Shown here: positions 35,676 through 48,246 of the stretch, in pieces
How positions within the stretch are numbered: the first letter of the stretch is position 1
How the letters are laid out: each line of letters starts with the position of its first letter
Source: Tricharina praecox
Lineage: Eukaryota
NCBI RefSeq assembly: GCF_024521635.1
Contig: NW_026250414.1
Location: 124,001-188,000 of the forward strand
DNA: 64,000 bases
Reading direction: 5' to 3'
Translations under genes and position numbers: made by a program
Notes under the pieces: model-generated
Told to the model about the DNA's origin: nothing
Seen by the model: the letters and a program-made list of their open reading frames with translations, nothing else
Database searches by the model: none

Positions 35676-38135
35676 TCAACCCTCCTCCCCCAACCTCTTC
35701 AACTCGCCATTCACAAACGACTCGGCATTGATGAGTTCCGTGCTTCCATAGACGACCTTGCGCCTGATGCCCGCGCCGCTCTGTCCGACCCTACGGCTCC
35801 ACTCCTGCAGATTCCCGTACTCCTCCATATTCCCGCCGCCGACGGTGAACACGACCGCCTCCGCAAAGCCCTGCCGTCGCTGGCCGAACGTGGGTCCGCC
35901 CGCAACCGGACGGCCATCGGGCCCCAGCCGCGCGACGCCCGCAGGATTCCCCGTGGTGCCGCGCGCGGACGACGAGCGCGGGTCAAAGAATAGGTAGCTC
36001 TCTGTTTTGCCCAGGGCAGAGGTCGAGGACGACGTCGGGTCCATGAGTGACTCCACAATTTTGGTGATCGTGAGGTCTTTGTTCACCGGAAGGAAGTTCT
36101 TGACACCCGAGATCAGGTTTTCGAACCCGCCGCCAAGGGCGCCCGCATCTTTCAGCCGGTCGGTGAGCTGTGGCGAGGAGGTTAACCAACACTCTGCCAA
36201 AATCTGATCGCGAGGCACATACCCTGTTACTGATGGAGCTGAATCCCCTGAACAGATCACCAGTTGTCGTTTGCGCCGCCGCCTGCTGTTGTGAAGGCGC
36301 CGAAGCCATCATTGTCATTCGGGTGATTTCGCGAACCCTGTAATACGCATTAGTCATCACGAATACCGAAATCAGTCATGAGCTTTTACTTCTTGACGTA
36401 GGCCAACGCCGCCATATCGCAGCCGGCCTCTCGCAACGCGGTTTCGTAGTCGTTCATATCGGCCTTGCTGGGGTCTTGTTCCGAGTTCAGATACCTACAA
36501 CCTTGGTAAGCAACCATTTCGTTTCGGAAACACGACTGTAGCCGTTGTACCAAATTATGAAGGCCCTCATCTTGTCTGTAGCGTTCTTCTTTTCCGGATC
36601 GTTGATAACTTCCAAGATCTGCGCCTTGTTCTGCCTTGTAATGTTTTCCTCGATCTGATAGAAATTGTCAAGTTGGCGCTCTTTGATTCCCTTCAGCAAC
36701 GCCGTAGCAATGTTCATATGCATGTCGAGAATCGCTTTCCGATCCCGCAGTTCAGGCAACTGTGTAATTGCCGCCTTGAGGTGAGCCGCCGAAGCTCCGA
36801 CGTCACTACGGATGGGGTCAGCGCTGGATCACGTGAAAAACATGGTTGGATTGTCGAGCGAACGAACTTTTGAAGATCCTCCAGAGAGCTAGCACCCGTC
36901 TTCCTCGTGATCTCGGCGACATCCTCCTTGTATTTGGTCAGCTCCGCATCGATGTCCTCCGCAACCTGCGGGAAGGGAACACCGGCGTTTTTGGCCCAGA
37001 AGAAGTCGTTCGAGTTCAAGTCATAGCTCTTTTTGCTAACTTTCCCTCCGTCCTCGACAGTTTCCACGGTGATGCGGTTCAATCGCATGCCTAGCACGTC
37101 ATGCACCAGTGCTTGATACGTCCACGAGTGCGAGAGCATCGGCACCAGATCGATGTTACGGTCAACAATGATAAGAACCGGGCGGGTCTGCGAACTGGCC
37201 GACGAAGAAGAAGAGTGCGAGGAAAACAGGTTGTTGTCACGGGAGTTCAGAACGTGGTCGCGGAGCTTTCGGTCAAGCTTCTGAGCTATTATTTCAGCGG
37301 CGTTGCCTTTGGGACATCGGATGATGGGGATGGAGCCTGTATCGCATCACAATCAGTAACCAAACATACAGTTGTCGTTCTTCCGCGGCAAGCAGTTGTG
37401 CCAACGGCGGGAAAGGCGCAAGCAATGAATCCTCACCCATTGTCACCACCACGGAAAACAAGCCGCCTACGACCTTGTCGATGGTATGCTCGATAGCGCT
37501 ATCGGCAGCTTGCGCTGAGTTTAAGGTGTAGTAGGCGTCCTTGAGGTGTAAACTGAAAAGATCCGGTTCCGAGACCACGAAATTGAGGTACTGGTCGAAG
37601 ACCTGGGCGATTTTCTCCGAGGTGTTGTTCTCCGCCGTCATTGCCGCGAAGTCCTCCAGCAAGGGTCTCGGTACCGACGAAAGAAAGTTCACATAGGCGG
37701 TCTCGTAGAGGTTTTTGGACAAGTCCGCTGCGATGGCGGCAACATTCTCGGACGTCGGCTCGACCAGATAGACGACGGGAACATCGGGGATCGGATGGCG
37801 GGGCGAATGGAGGTTCAAATGGATGGTCACGCCGAAGTTGCGAAGGTCCTGAACTCGAAGCACCGACGAGATCACATCGCGGCCCAAGTTGTCGAAGACC
37901 AACACCTTCCATATGGGTTCGCCGTCTTCGTTCAAGAGCGGTTTCGCGGCGGGAACGAGGCCATTGGCATCGGGCTCGGGCTTGGGCTGGTCATGATTGA
38001 GGTTGAGTATCTTCTCGATCGAAGCTGTGCAATGGTCGGGCCAGTCAGCGGGGCTGGAGTTCTCGCGGCACCGGGGGAGCAGAGTACACACCTACCCACT
38101 TGACGATCTCGTAGAGTTTGGCGATGCGTAGCCAT
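35676..38135 (-). CDS. SLY1: Sec1/Munc18-family ER-Golgi SM protein Sly1, ~687 aa
   Basis: [76 protein letters not shown]. Introns 38025-38095, 37337-37436, 36806-36867, 36495-36550, 36338-36389 and 36168-36222 give an intact frame. Confidence 0.96.
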
Positions 38136-40506
38136 CGTTGGAATCGGTTCCTGTGGTTTCTCGGGAATCGGAGCTCGCAGAGAGCAGGTGGATCGGGGGT
38201 GACGAGAGAGCGGGAGTTGGTTGGTGGGTGGGAGGGAGCTCTATGGTCTGTTTCGCTCCGGCAAGCAGCTGATCTTTCGCTTTCTCTCTGTGTGCGCTTG
38301 GTGGTACGTGTTTGGATCTGAAGAGTTCTGTCGTTCGGAGCTAGAGTAGAGGCAGTTCGAAGCCGAACACTCAGTTCCGCTGTCTGTTTCCGTGAGGGTC
38401 TGATGCTTTTCTGGCTCTGTATGCTTGGCGAGTTCGGTGGGGGGCAGAGTGACGACGGAGTGTACGGAGTATGCGTAACGGTGGATGTCTCGTCGTTGTC
38501 CGGATGCAATGTAGCTTTGACGGGCCTTGACTAAGCTCTCTCCGCCCATCATCATCGGCATCATCGTCGTGTCCTATTCATGGCGCCATGCCAAGCCACC
38601 GCCGCAGCAGCAACAGCAGCAGCAACTCTACACACTCTACATATGACTTGTTCTGCCTCTTTCCTTCCTCTCCCTCCTTCTTTGCCTTTCGCTCGCGCTC
38701 TCTATCTCTCAACGTTGCGGTGCGCTGTTGTTCAAGTTGCCGCGGGTCATTTCAAGTGGCACGGGCAGAGACTGAGCTTCAACGTTCAAAACGCAGGCAA
38801 GCCATTTCACCCTCCCCCTCTTCTCTTACCTACACCCGACGTTTCCTCTCTCCCTTCCACATACTCTCCCCCCTTTCCCACAACCACTCCCCCACATCCT
38901 TCTTCCTCAACATCCACTCTACACCCACCATCAAACCGCCATCATCGCTGCAGAATCACCACATATAATTCACTGTTGGAGCCGTCAGTGACAGCGCCAC
39001 CGACACCAAGGGGACTGACTCTCGCCTGCGCCTAATATTCATCACCAGGGTAAGCAGAAAATCGAGCGCGCAAAGAAGAGAAGACGCGATAAACCGCTGT
39101 CCTGACTCCTGCCGCGCTTCTTCCCATCATCATCATCCACTTGTTTTTGCTGCACGGGAGATTTGGATTTTCCTTTTTATTGTAAGAACCTTTGAAGTTT
39201 GGCAGTGTTCTCTGCGTGGCGATAGGTTTCCTCTACCTGGTCAAACCAGAAGAGACCTCCGAGAACGGAGGGGGGAGAAGAAGAAGCAGAGCAGAGGTAT
39301 CTAAAAAGACAGGGCCGTGATCGACAGAGTCGAGCGACACGAACTGCTTGAGAGAGATCATCGCTCCTTCGCTTTTCCCCTTTCCATCGTGCCCCCCTCC
39401 CCCCTCCCCACTCTTCCACTCCCGTTCCTTCTCGCAGACCCAGGTCGTTGCCACAGTGACGACGGTCAGCCGGCTTCTGAAGTGGCGGCTCTTCCACTCC
39501 CTTGCTCTCTCCCTCTGTCACCGTCATCGTGCGTATAGACAATCGGAGAAGACGAAGAAGAAGAAGAAGCAGCAGAAGCCGAAGGAGGGACGTGAAGAGA
39601 CGATAGACTCGACTCCCTTCGATCCATCTACCCCGTTGCACTCCTCCCATCCATCCTCTATTCCCCATTCCTCTTCGCCGAGTTGCTCTGTCCTGTTCAT
39701 CCGGGCTCATTTTGCCGACGAAGCCACAGACACGGCGACAGAAGCGGGACCAGACCGCATCCGATCCCAAAGACCCTTAATACCCCTCCAATCGGCAATT
39801 CCGCTGTCCGTCTTTGCGGCAAATTGTGTGTTTCGTTCGTCCTTTTCTTTTTCTTGCACTCCTCACGTACGGTCGCACACGGCCACGCCGTTCGTCGCCG
39901 CCGAGCCATCGCCATCATTTCTTTCCCCTTGATTTTGCCACACAATCGCACCCCAACGCTCAACGCTCGCACTCACTGCATCGGGATTAGCGCTAATGTA
40001 GAGTGCAGAGACACAGCGCAATCTGCAGGACACACCACCGAAGGACCGATCCCAGCCCCCCAACCGTTTCTCTTGCTCGAGTCTCGGCATCCCCCAGCCC
40101 GACGCTGACAACATTTCTTTCTTCGCATCTCGGCACCCAACTCGCAGCCAAGCCAATTCGACTCAAGCCAAGCCAACGTCAAAAGCCAAGCCCTCTCGAA
40201 CCTAATTCCGTACGACCACAAATACTTCTCTTCGCGTCTTCTTTCTCCTCACACATCTAAACTTCACTCAACTCACGCACAACCGAAGTAGCATCAACGG
40301 AAAAAAGAAAGAAACACAGAGGAACGGTGCATCGCGGTAAGATAAGAGCAGAAACTTTAAAAAGAAAAACCCCAAAAAAGCAGACACACTTGAGAGACAG
40401 TGTGAGAGAGAGAGGTCTTGTTCTGTTCCGCACTGAATTTGCCGTGTTGTCTGGGGACGAAGAAGAAGGGATCTTCTTGCCCAAACTGTCTTCTCTGGCA
40501 GTCTCC

Positions 40507-43500
40507 ATGATGTCAAATCTGGGAGACCCTGCGCGTTTGCGCTCTGGGGCCTCGGAAGGGATGCAACACCATCTCGCCGTCTCGCCGTCGGCAGCGGCAC
40601 AGGGTGACTTCGGCAATGCTTTGTACGCGCCCCATCACCAGCTCCCGAATCACCTCCAAAGTAGCCAATTCCTCTACGGCAATGGCGATCTCGCAGCCCT
40701 CCAATCCTCGCAGTACCCCGCCACAGACCTTTTCGGCCATAGCGATCTCCATTGGCAACCCCAGCATCAGCAGCAGTCGTTGCAACTGCAACTACAGCAG
40801 CACCACCAGCAGCAGCAACACCAGCAACACCAGCAGCAGCAGCAGCAACACCAGCACCGGCAACAACACCAACAACACCAGCACCAGAACCAGCCCATGC
40901 TCCAGCATCTCCAACACCATCCGCTCGCGGCTCAGAATTTCCAGCCTCAACAGCAGCAATTCAGCCAGACCGCCACGCCGTTGCCGGAACATCATACCTA
41001 CCAGCAGTTTGGAAACCAATTGGCCTGGCAATCGACCGTCGGCGGTGTTAGCGATTCTGTCGCTGCTGTCGCGTTCCCGCAGCAGCACGAGAGCATCAGC
41101 TTGCCAACTCGGATTTCGTCCCCTTTCGTGAACGGCACGCCTGCCCCCAGCAATGATCTACCAGTCGCTCAGTCGAATACTTTCTCGCACACAACGCAGC
41201 AAGAGCCTCGATTACAACAGGACAGCCAGATGGTTGATTACGCAAATTCACCGCAACCCCGCACGGTTGGCGCGATCGCGGCGACGGTCACGATGCTTGG
41301 CGGTACTCCATACGTGAGCGTTCACAACAGCGATGAATTCCCCGATACATTTGGTTAGTTTCCTTCCTTTGAACGTTATCCCTCTGTCTTCCCAATGTGT
41401 TCTTTTCTCTCTCTCTACACGTGACAGCGGCATAACTGACTTTTTTCCAGCTGCCATCGAAGCGATGGGTTATCTAGGACTACCAGAGCCAGTGGCACCA
41501 GCAACGACAACCGCTTTCGCGAACAAAAAGCCTAGACTCTCTACCCCCGTTTCGGTACCTTCACCCGCTGCAACAGCGTCACCGGCTCCGGCTACCCCTG
41601 TTCCCGCTCCTGCTCCCGCCCCTGCTCCCGCTGTCAACAACGCCGTCACCACTAAAGCCGCTCCAAAACCAGCTGCTCCTGCCCCAACTCCAAAGAGCAA
41701 GGTGCCCACAGAACCCGCCGCAAGACTAAGGTACCTTCTTACGGAATGCCTCGAAGAGGAGGAGGAGGAAGCTCGTGACCTCGCTTTGAAAGCGTGGGGA
41801 ATTGTGTCAGAAATCACCCCAGAGCAGACCGAATTGGTCACGCTCGCTGTGAACACAATCTTGAAGACTGCCGATGACCAGACACTCGTATGCATGGGCA
41901 AGATCTTGCAGTTTACTATGAGGCTCCGAAAGTGGATCGTTCACGAGCATAACAAAGAAAAGAAGAGTCCTTTAATACCGAAAATGCTCAAGGTAAGTCT
42001 TTGGATAGACAACATCAATCGCCTCCCATGACTCCGTTGCTGCCCAATCACGCCAGCCGTTGCTGATAATCTGGTGTGTAGCTTCTCTCACAGATCCGCC
42101 TACCGCTTGACATGTACGAGAAACAGCAATGGGAGAAAGTGCTCAACAACATTCAAAGAAAATCCGAACTCGACAAATCCCGAGAGTTCGCTAACCAAAT
42201 CATGACCCGCTTCCAACACCTTGATCGAGATAGGTCTCGTACTGAGCGCGATGCGAAGAAGGCTGCAGGTACTAATAATGCCGATAAACCAAAGACAGTG
42301 GCATCTTCTGGGGTGGTGAAGAAGGATGCGAGTAGTAGTCTTAATGCTGGTGTCAAGAGGACCATCGATGAGGTTGGAAAGGGTCCGCCAACGAGTGCTG
42401 CGAAGAAGGTCTCAATTGGCGATGTGCGGAATCCAATGCCAAATCCCAATCCTCCTCCTAAATCTGCGGCACCCTCTGTGCCCGCGAGAAATGGACCATC
42501 TTCCAGCGTTGGTGAAAAGAAGTCTGCAACTACGTCAAGTGTGGGAATATCCACCACCGGCCCACCACCAACAAGCACGACGGCTACGGCCACCGCGAAG
42601 AAGCCGGCGAGCTCGGGGTTCTTCAAATCCCTGAGCAAACCGGCTGAGGCTGCAAAGGCCCCCACAAAGTTCGTGCTCCCTGAATCCCATCCAATGATAT
42701 TTTCCTTCGCGACTATCCAGTCAGAATTGCCGAGGCTAACCACGGTCACGTGATTTTAGGGTGCCGGAGAAAAAGGCACCTACCCCCGCGCCAGCAGCTT
42801 CGACTACTTCGTTCACGAGTATATTCGCCCAGTTGCAACAGAGGCAGAAGGAACAGGACCGCGAGAAAAAGGATGCCGCAAACAAGGCTGCCGACGCCGC
42901 TAAGATCACGGAAGAGGACAAGAAGAAGAAGAAGAAGTCCGTGAAGTGGAAGACAGGTGACGATCTTGTTAAGGTACAGATCATTGAGTGGTTAGAACCC
43001 GAGGGCGAGTACTACGGCGGCGGAAGCGGTATGGCCCAATGGGGTGATTCCGCGGGCGAGGGGGAGGCCCTTAAGAACCGAGACTTCATCGAGGAGGAGG
43101 AGGACCTGAGGGAATGGTACCAGCCGAAACGTGAGTTCATATTATGCTGCTCAGTCCCGTTTCAATGCTAAGCTGCTGGATAGTTATCGATTTCGAGTCC
43201 CTGTATCGGAGGACACCCAAGCTGAAGGAGAACCCGGAGAAGCGTGGAGGTCAGACCGTCATCGAGACGGAGGAAGCCAAAGTGCAGAAGCAGCGTGAGC
43301 TTGTTACTCTCGCCACTTTCTACAGTTCGCCGAGAGATATTCCCACGTCACCAATGGAACCCGACGAGAGTGTTGTCGTCTTGCAAGAGGCACCCACGGA
43401 GATTCCTCTTCCTGACGATGTGAAGCTACGTCTCGGTATGCCGATTGCGTCTGCCGTGCCTGCTCCTGCCGCCATGGCTGTACCTGCCGCCATATCTCAG

Positions 43501-44126
43501 AACGATCTGTCTATGATGTTTTCCGCGCTGCAGCAACAGCCGCAACAGGCTCAGGTCAACCCGGCCCAGAACCTCATGGCCACGCTTCAGGCATTTGGGC
43601 AGATGCAGAACTCGCCGCAACAGCCACAGCCCCAGCAGCAAGCCATGCCAGCTGCCATGCCAGCTGCCGCGCCCCAGTTGGACATCGCAGCACTGATCTC
43701 GATGATCGGTGGCCAGGCCCAGCCTCAACAGCAGCAGTTCCAACAGCAACCCACGAACTTCCTGCAAAACTTCCTCCAGCCACAGGTACAGGCGGGACAG
43801 GATCCTAACGCTGCTGTGGCCGGCCTCCTCTCGCAGTTGACCACTGGTCTTGCTGCCGCCAACCCTCAAGCCGCATTCGCTCAGCAGGGATTGTTCGGAC
43901 TCTTCCCGCAGCAGCAGCAGCAGCCTCAGCAGGGCCAACAATTCCAGCAGCAGCAGCAGCAACAGCCGCCTACCACCCCCAAGGCGTGGAATGAAGGTTT
44001 CAACAACAACCAGGCTGGTTACACGGCCCAGCAGGACGAGAGGAACTCTGCGCGCGATGTCCGCCGCGAACTCCGCGATGCTGTTGGCTGGAGTGATAAC
44101 GATGCGAAGGAGAACGGGCCCCCGCC

Positions 44127-44189
<63 letters not shown>

Positions 44190-44673
44190 GCAGCAGCAGC
44201 AGCACCAGGGCGGAAACGGCACCGGTGGTGGTAAATGGGGTAAGAAAAATAAGGTACGTCGAAACAATTAGTCGTCCAGAGAGAATACAAGCTAACAGCC
44301 CCAACAGAAGGATAAGAAGAAGAACCAGGCGGATACTAAGAACACCGTCCTCTGTCTTTTCTATCAGAAGGGAAACTGCAAGCACGGCGATAGCTGCAGG
44401 TTCTCTCATGATCCGTCTCTCAGTGCCAGCAGCAACAGCGGCGGAAACGCAGCTACGGGCGGCAATGCCAATGGAAACAACAACAACCATGGCAATGGCA
44501 ACAACAACGGCGGAGGAAACAACAATGGAGGAGGAGGAGGCGGCGGCGGTGGCGGTGGAGGCGGCGGCGGCTGGAAGTCCAAGAAGCGCCATGGCCATGT
44601 CTCCCGCGGCGTAGACCAGGGAGCAAGCGCCAGCGCCGTGGGCTGGCCGGGAGCTGGAGAGCTGGAGTACTAG
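40507..44673 (+). CDS. PNUTS/PPP1R10 (Ppn1)-like PP1 regulatory subunit, ~1260 aa: TFIIS-N-like helical domain, RVxF motif, polyQ, C-terminal CCCH zinc finger
   Basis: Introns 41354-41450, 41993-42081, 42669-42759, 43131-43183 and 44254-44307 give a 3783-nt frame. Contains LRKWIV...LIPKMLKLLSQIRLPL...KVL...FANQIM, KKKKSVKWK..DDLVKVQII and CLFYQKGNCKHGDSCRFSH. Confidence 0.8.
44128..44202 (+). repeat. Coding (CAACAG)n(CAG)n tract encoding 25 Gln
   Basis: Direct reading within exon 5 of the PNUTS-like gene. Confidence 0.95.
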
Positions 44674-45877
44674 GCTACTGGTACTAGGAGGCCGAAACGA
44701 GGAGAAAAAAAAGTGCGGGCGTTCGTTTTGTGTTTCATTTCATTTTTAATCTTCTATGATTCTATAGTTGGAAGGGAGGACTGTGGGGGAAATGCGGAGT
44801 TTTCTGTATAATGATTTTTTTCATTTTTTCTAGGTGTTCACATTATGGTTTTTTTTCTTGTTTTTCTGTTGCGTTCGTTCTATAGAGAGGGCTCAGGGAA
44901 GTGGGTTGTGGGTTGTGGGTTTGTAGCATATTCGTGTTTTTTTTCTTCCCCTTATTTTGTTTTCTTTGCCTTGGTCTGTGCTGGGCTTGTTTGTACTAGG
45001 CTTGTTTGTGCTGTGCTGGACTTGGGTGGGGCTACTCTGTCTTTTTAGTTACATTGCTTTTACCTTGCGAGGCGTACATTGATTGTTTTCATTTCATCTT
45101 TTCATCTTTTCTTTTCATTGCACTTTTTTTACTTGCTTGCTTGCTTGCTTGTTTACGGATGCACCGGACGGGATGCACGGGATGGGACGCACGGGATTGG
45201 ATTGGATTGGACGGAATTCACGCTTTGTAGATGGGATGGGATGGGATGGGATGGAATGGGTTGGGATGGGATGGAGTTACGGATGACCTGTGCAGGGTTG
45301 GATGAAAGGGGGTTAATATCATCATTGGTTCCAACCATTCAAGTTGCGTTCGCAAGTGAGGCGGTATGTATGATAAGAAGTAGCGGTTTGATGTGCAATT
45401 TCTGTGAATGCTGTTGGATGGATGGGATGGGGAACAGACTTTTGTCACTCGTGTGGGACCTGGGTGGTGCGGGGGGAAGAGCGGTGGTCAGGAAGTCTCA
45501 CTCGTCGCGTCTCGTCTCGCTGCCGATTTGCTTGTTGAACTGTTTTTCCTTCCCACGTATGTAATTCCCTTGGACACTGGATACGCAATGAAGGAGACGC
45601 TGGACGGACAGCACTGGGGAGGCCACATCCAGCCAGCAGCCAGCGGTGGAGCCGGAACAGGTTATGTTATGTAACTGCCATGATCTAATAGGTATAATAA
45701 TGTCGAATGCAACAATGCTTAAACAAAACCTATGCTACTTTATCACCAAACTCCAAACTCGCCAAATACCACTGCTGATACCTCTTCTCGTATTCCTTCT
45801 CGAGCGGCACCCGCTGTGCCCCCACTTTCCTCGCCGCCGCATCCTCCTCCTCTCCGCACCTCGCCTCAACCCAGTTC

Positions 45878-47566
45878 TCAACCCCTCCCCAGCCGTTTAA
45901 TCGCCCCCAGCAGCATCTCATCATCCTCCGGATTCGCGAGGCGGGCATGTTCCCGCCAGTATCTATGTGCATAATCCATGAGCGGCCGCTTCTCAATCTC
46001 ATTCTCATGCTCTGTATCCTCTGTATTCTCTGTATCCTCGGATCCGAGAATCGAGACGCAGACGAGCGTCAAGATGCGATGCGACTCCACGGGGTGGAAA
46101 GAGTGCTTCCACACCCCCTGTGTCTGCGCGGGCGAGATTGTGGCCACAGGGTGGCAGAGGAAGTCTTTTGCGGTGTGGTGGATGAGGTGGACGCGCGAGT
46201 CGATGATAAGGATGAAGTGGCTGCAGAGCTGGCGGATCTGGATTGCGTGGGGTGGGGATGTGTGCGGCGATAGTGCGGGTGCCCGGTCGGAAGGCTGGGT
46301 GGTGGTGAATGCAGCGTGAAGCTCCTCGAGCGAAAGAGGCCGCTTAGCCGCCGAGATTATGTGCAGCAGCCTGCGTGTAGCGGCGGCATTGGAGCTGGAG
46401 GATAGGATCCGCTCGTAGACGGCGTCCAGCGTAGCCGGCGGCTTGTCGACGATCGCGCGCAGAGCTTCTGCCGACTCCCGCGCGCTGTCCGCGATCAGGC
46501 CCAGAACTAGATCCACCCAGAGGAAGTTTCCCTGCGCGTTGCGGACAAGCTTGTCCTCGATCTCAGTCCTGGACGCATCGTCGAGTCCGAGTCCGGGCCC
46601 GCGGAACTCGGGAACGCCCTCCATCCGACACCTGATCAGCGCTGCGATATCCTTCCGAGTGGACTCGACCTCGGCCTTCAGCCGGATCTTCGGGAAGGAA
46701 AAGAAATGACGTTCTATCGTGCGAGAGGGCCGGCTCGTCAGCAGGAATTTTAAAGATCCGGGGCCCGCTGTGGCTGCTGTGGCTATCGTGTACCACTTGA
46801 CGAGTGCTTCGATCAACTCCGTCTGCGACGCCTCCTCGCACTCGTCCAGTCCGTCCAGGACGCACAGAACATCGCCACACAGCGGATCATTCACAGCGTC
46901 CAGGAGTACATTCCACAGCGCTGCGAACTCCCTGGGGAAGCGACCACTCCGGTTCCGGTCCTGGCCCTGGAGCGCAGCGTGTCGGCTCAGCCGCGGATTC
47001 GCCGTGAACAGCTGGTGAAGCACAGCGCACATGGCGCGGTCCGCGCTCCGCTGCTGCGAATCGGAGTCTTGGAAGAAAAAGTAGCACACTGTCTCTGCCG
47101 CGTCTCCGCCGCCGGGGACAGTTTGCTGAAGCTCGTCGATAAGGAATGCCGCGAGCGTGGATTTTCCACTCCCGGGGTAGCCGGATAGCCATAGGAGACT
47201 GGAGCTTTGCCGCTGGCGCTTCCACGCTTGGAACGTCTGGTGCCGCAGGAGCCATTCGCATGTGCGAGGTGCTCGCGGTGTGTACCGCGAATGCTGCGTG
47301 GCGTGCGAGGAGATATACAGCTCCTTCATGATGCTCTGGTGTTCTTCTGAGGAAATGGGTGTATCCTGGAGTATGTCAGACGCGCCTCCTGATTCTTACG
47401 GGCAGGCGGTTATACGTACCTCCAGTGGTGCTACTTGTGCTCCACCCGGGCCTTCCCCCCGTACATCTGAGGAAGCAGAGTCCAGCGAGTGTTCTTGATC
47501 CCCGAGCTGCTCGCAATCGTGGTCGCCACGTTTCTTCGAGCCCCGTAGCTTCCTCAACCACCCCAT
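45878..47566 (-). CDS. NACHT-type STAND NTPase (fungal NLR-like) without a C-terminal repeat domain, ~544 aa
   Basis: TCEWLL; Walker A GYPGSGKST; Walker B VLCVLDGLDEC; FLLTSRP; GNFLWVDL; LIHHTAKDFL; YAHRYWREH. Exon 1 is 47420-47566 (MGWLRKLRGSKK...) with an intron at 47366-47419. Confidence 0.88.
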
Positions 47567-48246
47567 TATATCGATAGGCCGGCCGTCCGCGACTGAGACT
47601 GTGTATGATAGGAGATGGAAGTTGGGAAAAGATGGGCATCTCGCAGCTGGAATATATGTATTGGGATGGCTGAGAGGGTCTTGCCGAGAACCACATCATC
47701 CGTGGTGTCTCATGGCAGATCAGTCGTCGTTGACTGGCCAATGGGTTCCTCTAGCGTGTAGCTCTGCGCAGGTGTGCATGCCGTGCATGAAGGGGGGGGG
47801 GGGGCGGTGTAGAACGTGATTCGCTCAGAGTTTGCCGAACCATAGAGAAAAGGTTGGTGTTGATACAGCTATATACGTACACCAGAGTGGATCGTGTCGT
47901 CGAGATGGCGGGATGGACGAACGGGAGGGCGGGCGGGAGGGACGGGCGGAGGCAGAGCGAGGTACGATCGAAAGTCAGCCCTGTCGTGTTTACATAGGTC
48001 CGCTTGATGCGATGTTGGTGGATGAATCTCCCCTCATAGTGTTTGGATTGAACTGTGGAGTTACAAAAGTAGATGTAGAGCAGATAAAAAGTAAATAGCA
48101 CCAAGTCCACCGCCGCGGTCCAAAACTACTCAATAACAAAAGCCAATTCCCTCCTCCCCAGCACCGTATATAGATAGGTACATACGCATACAAAACACCG
48201 TGGGTATAGTATTGACCATTCACATTCAACCTCCATCAACTACACT

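Noticed and set aside
43426-44598. 390-aa Leu-rich minus-strand ORF
   Set aside because: Antisense shadow of the Gln-rich exons of the PNUTS-like gene.
47420-47566. Amyloid signalling motif at the NACHT N-terminus
   Set aside because: Lacks the N/G/Q-aromatic pattern of HET-s, PP or sigma motifs, and no adjacent effector gene was seen.
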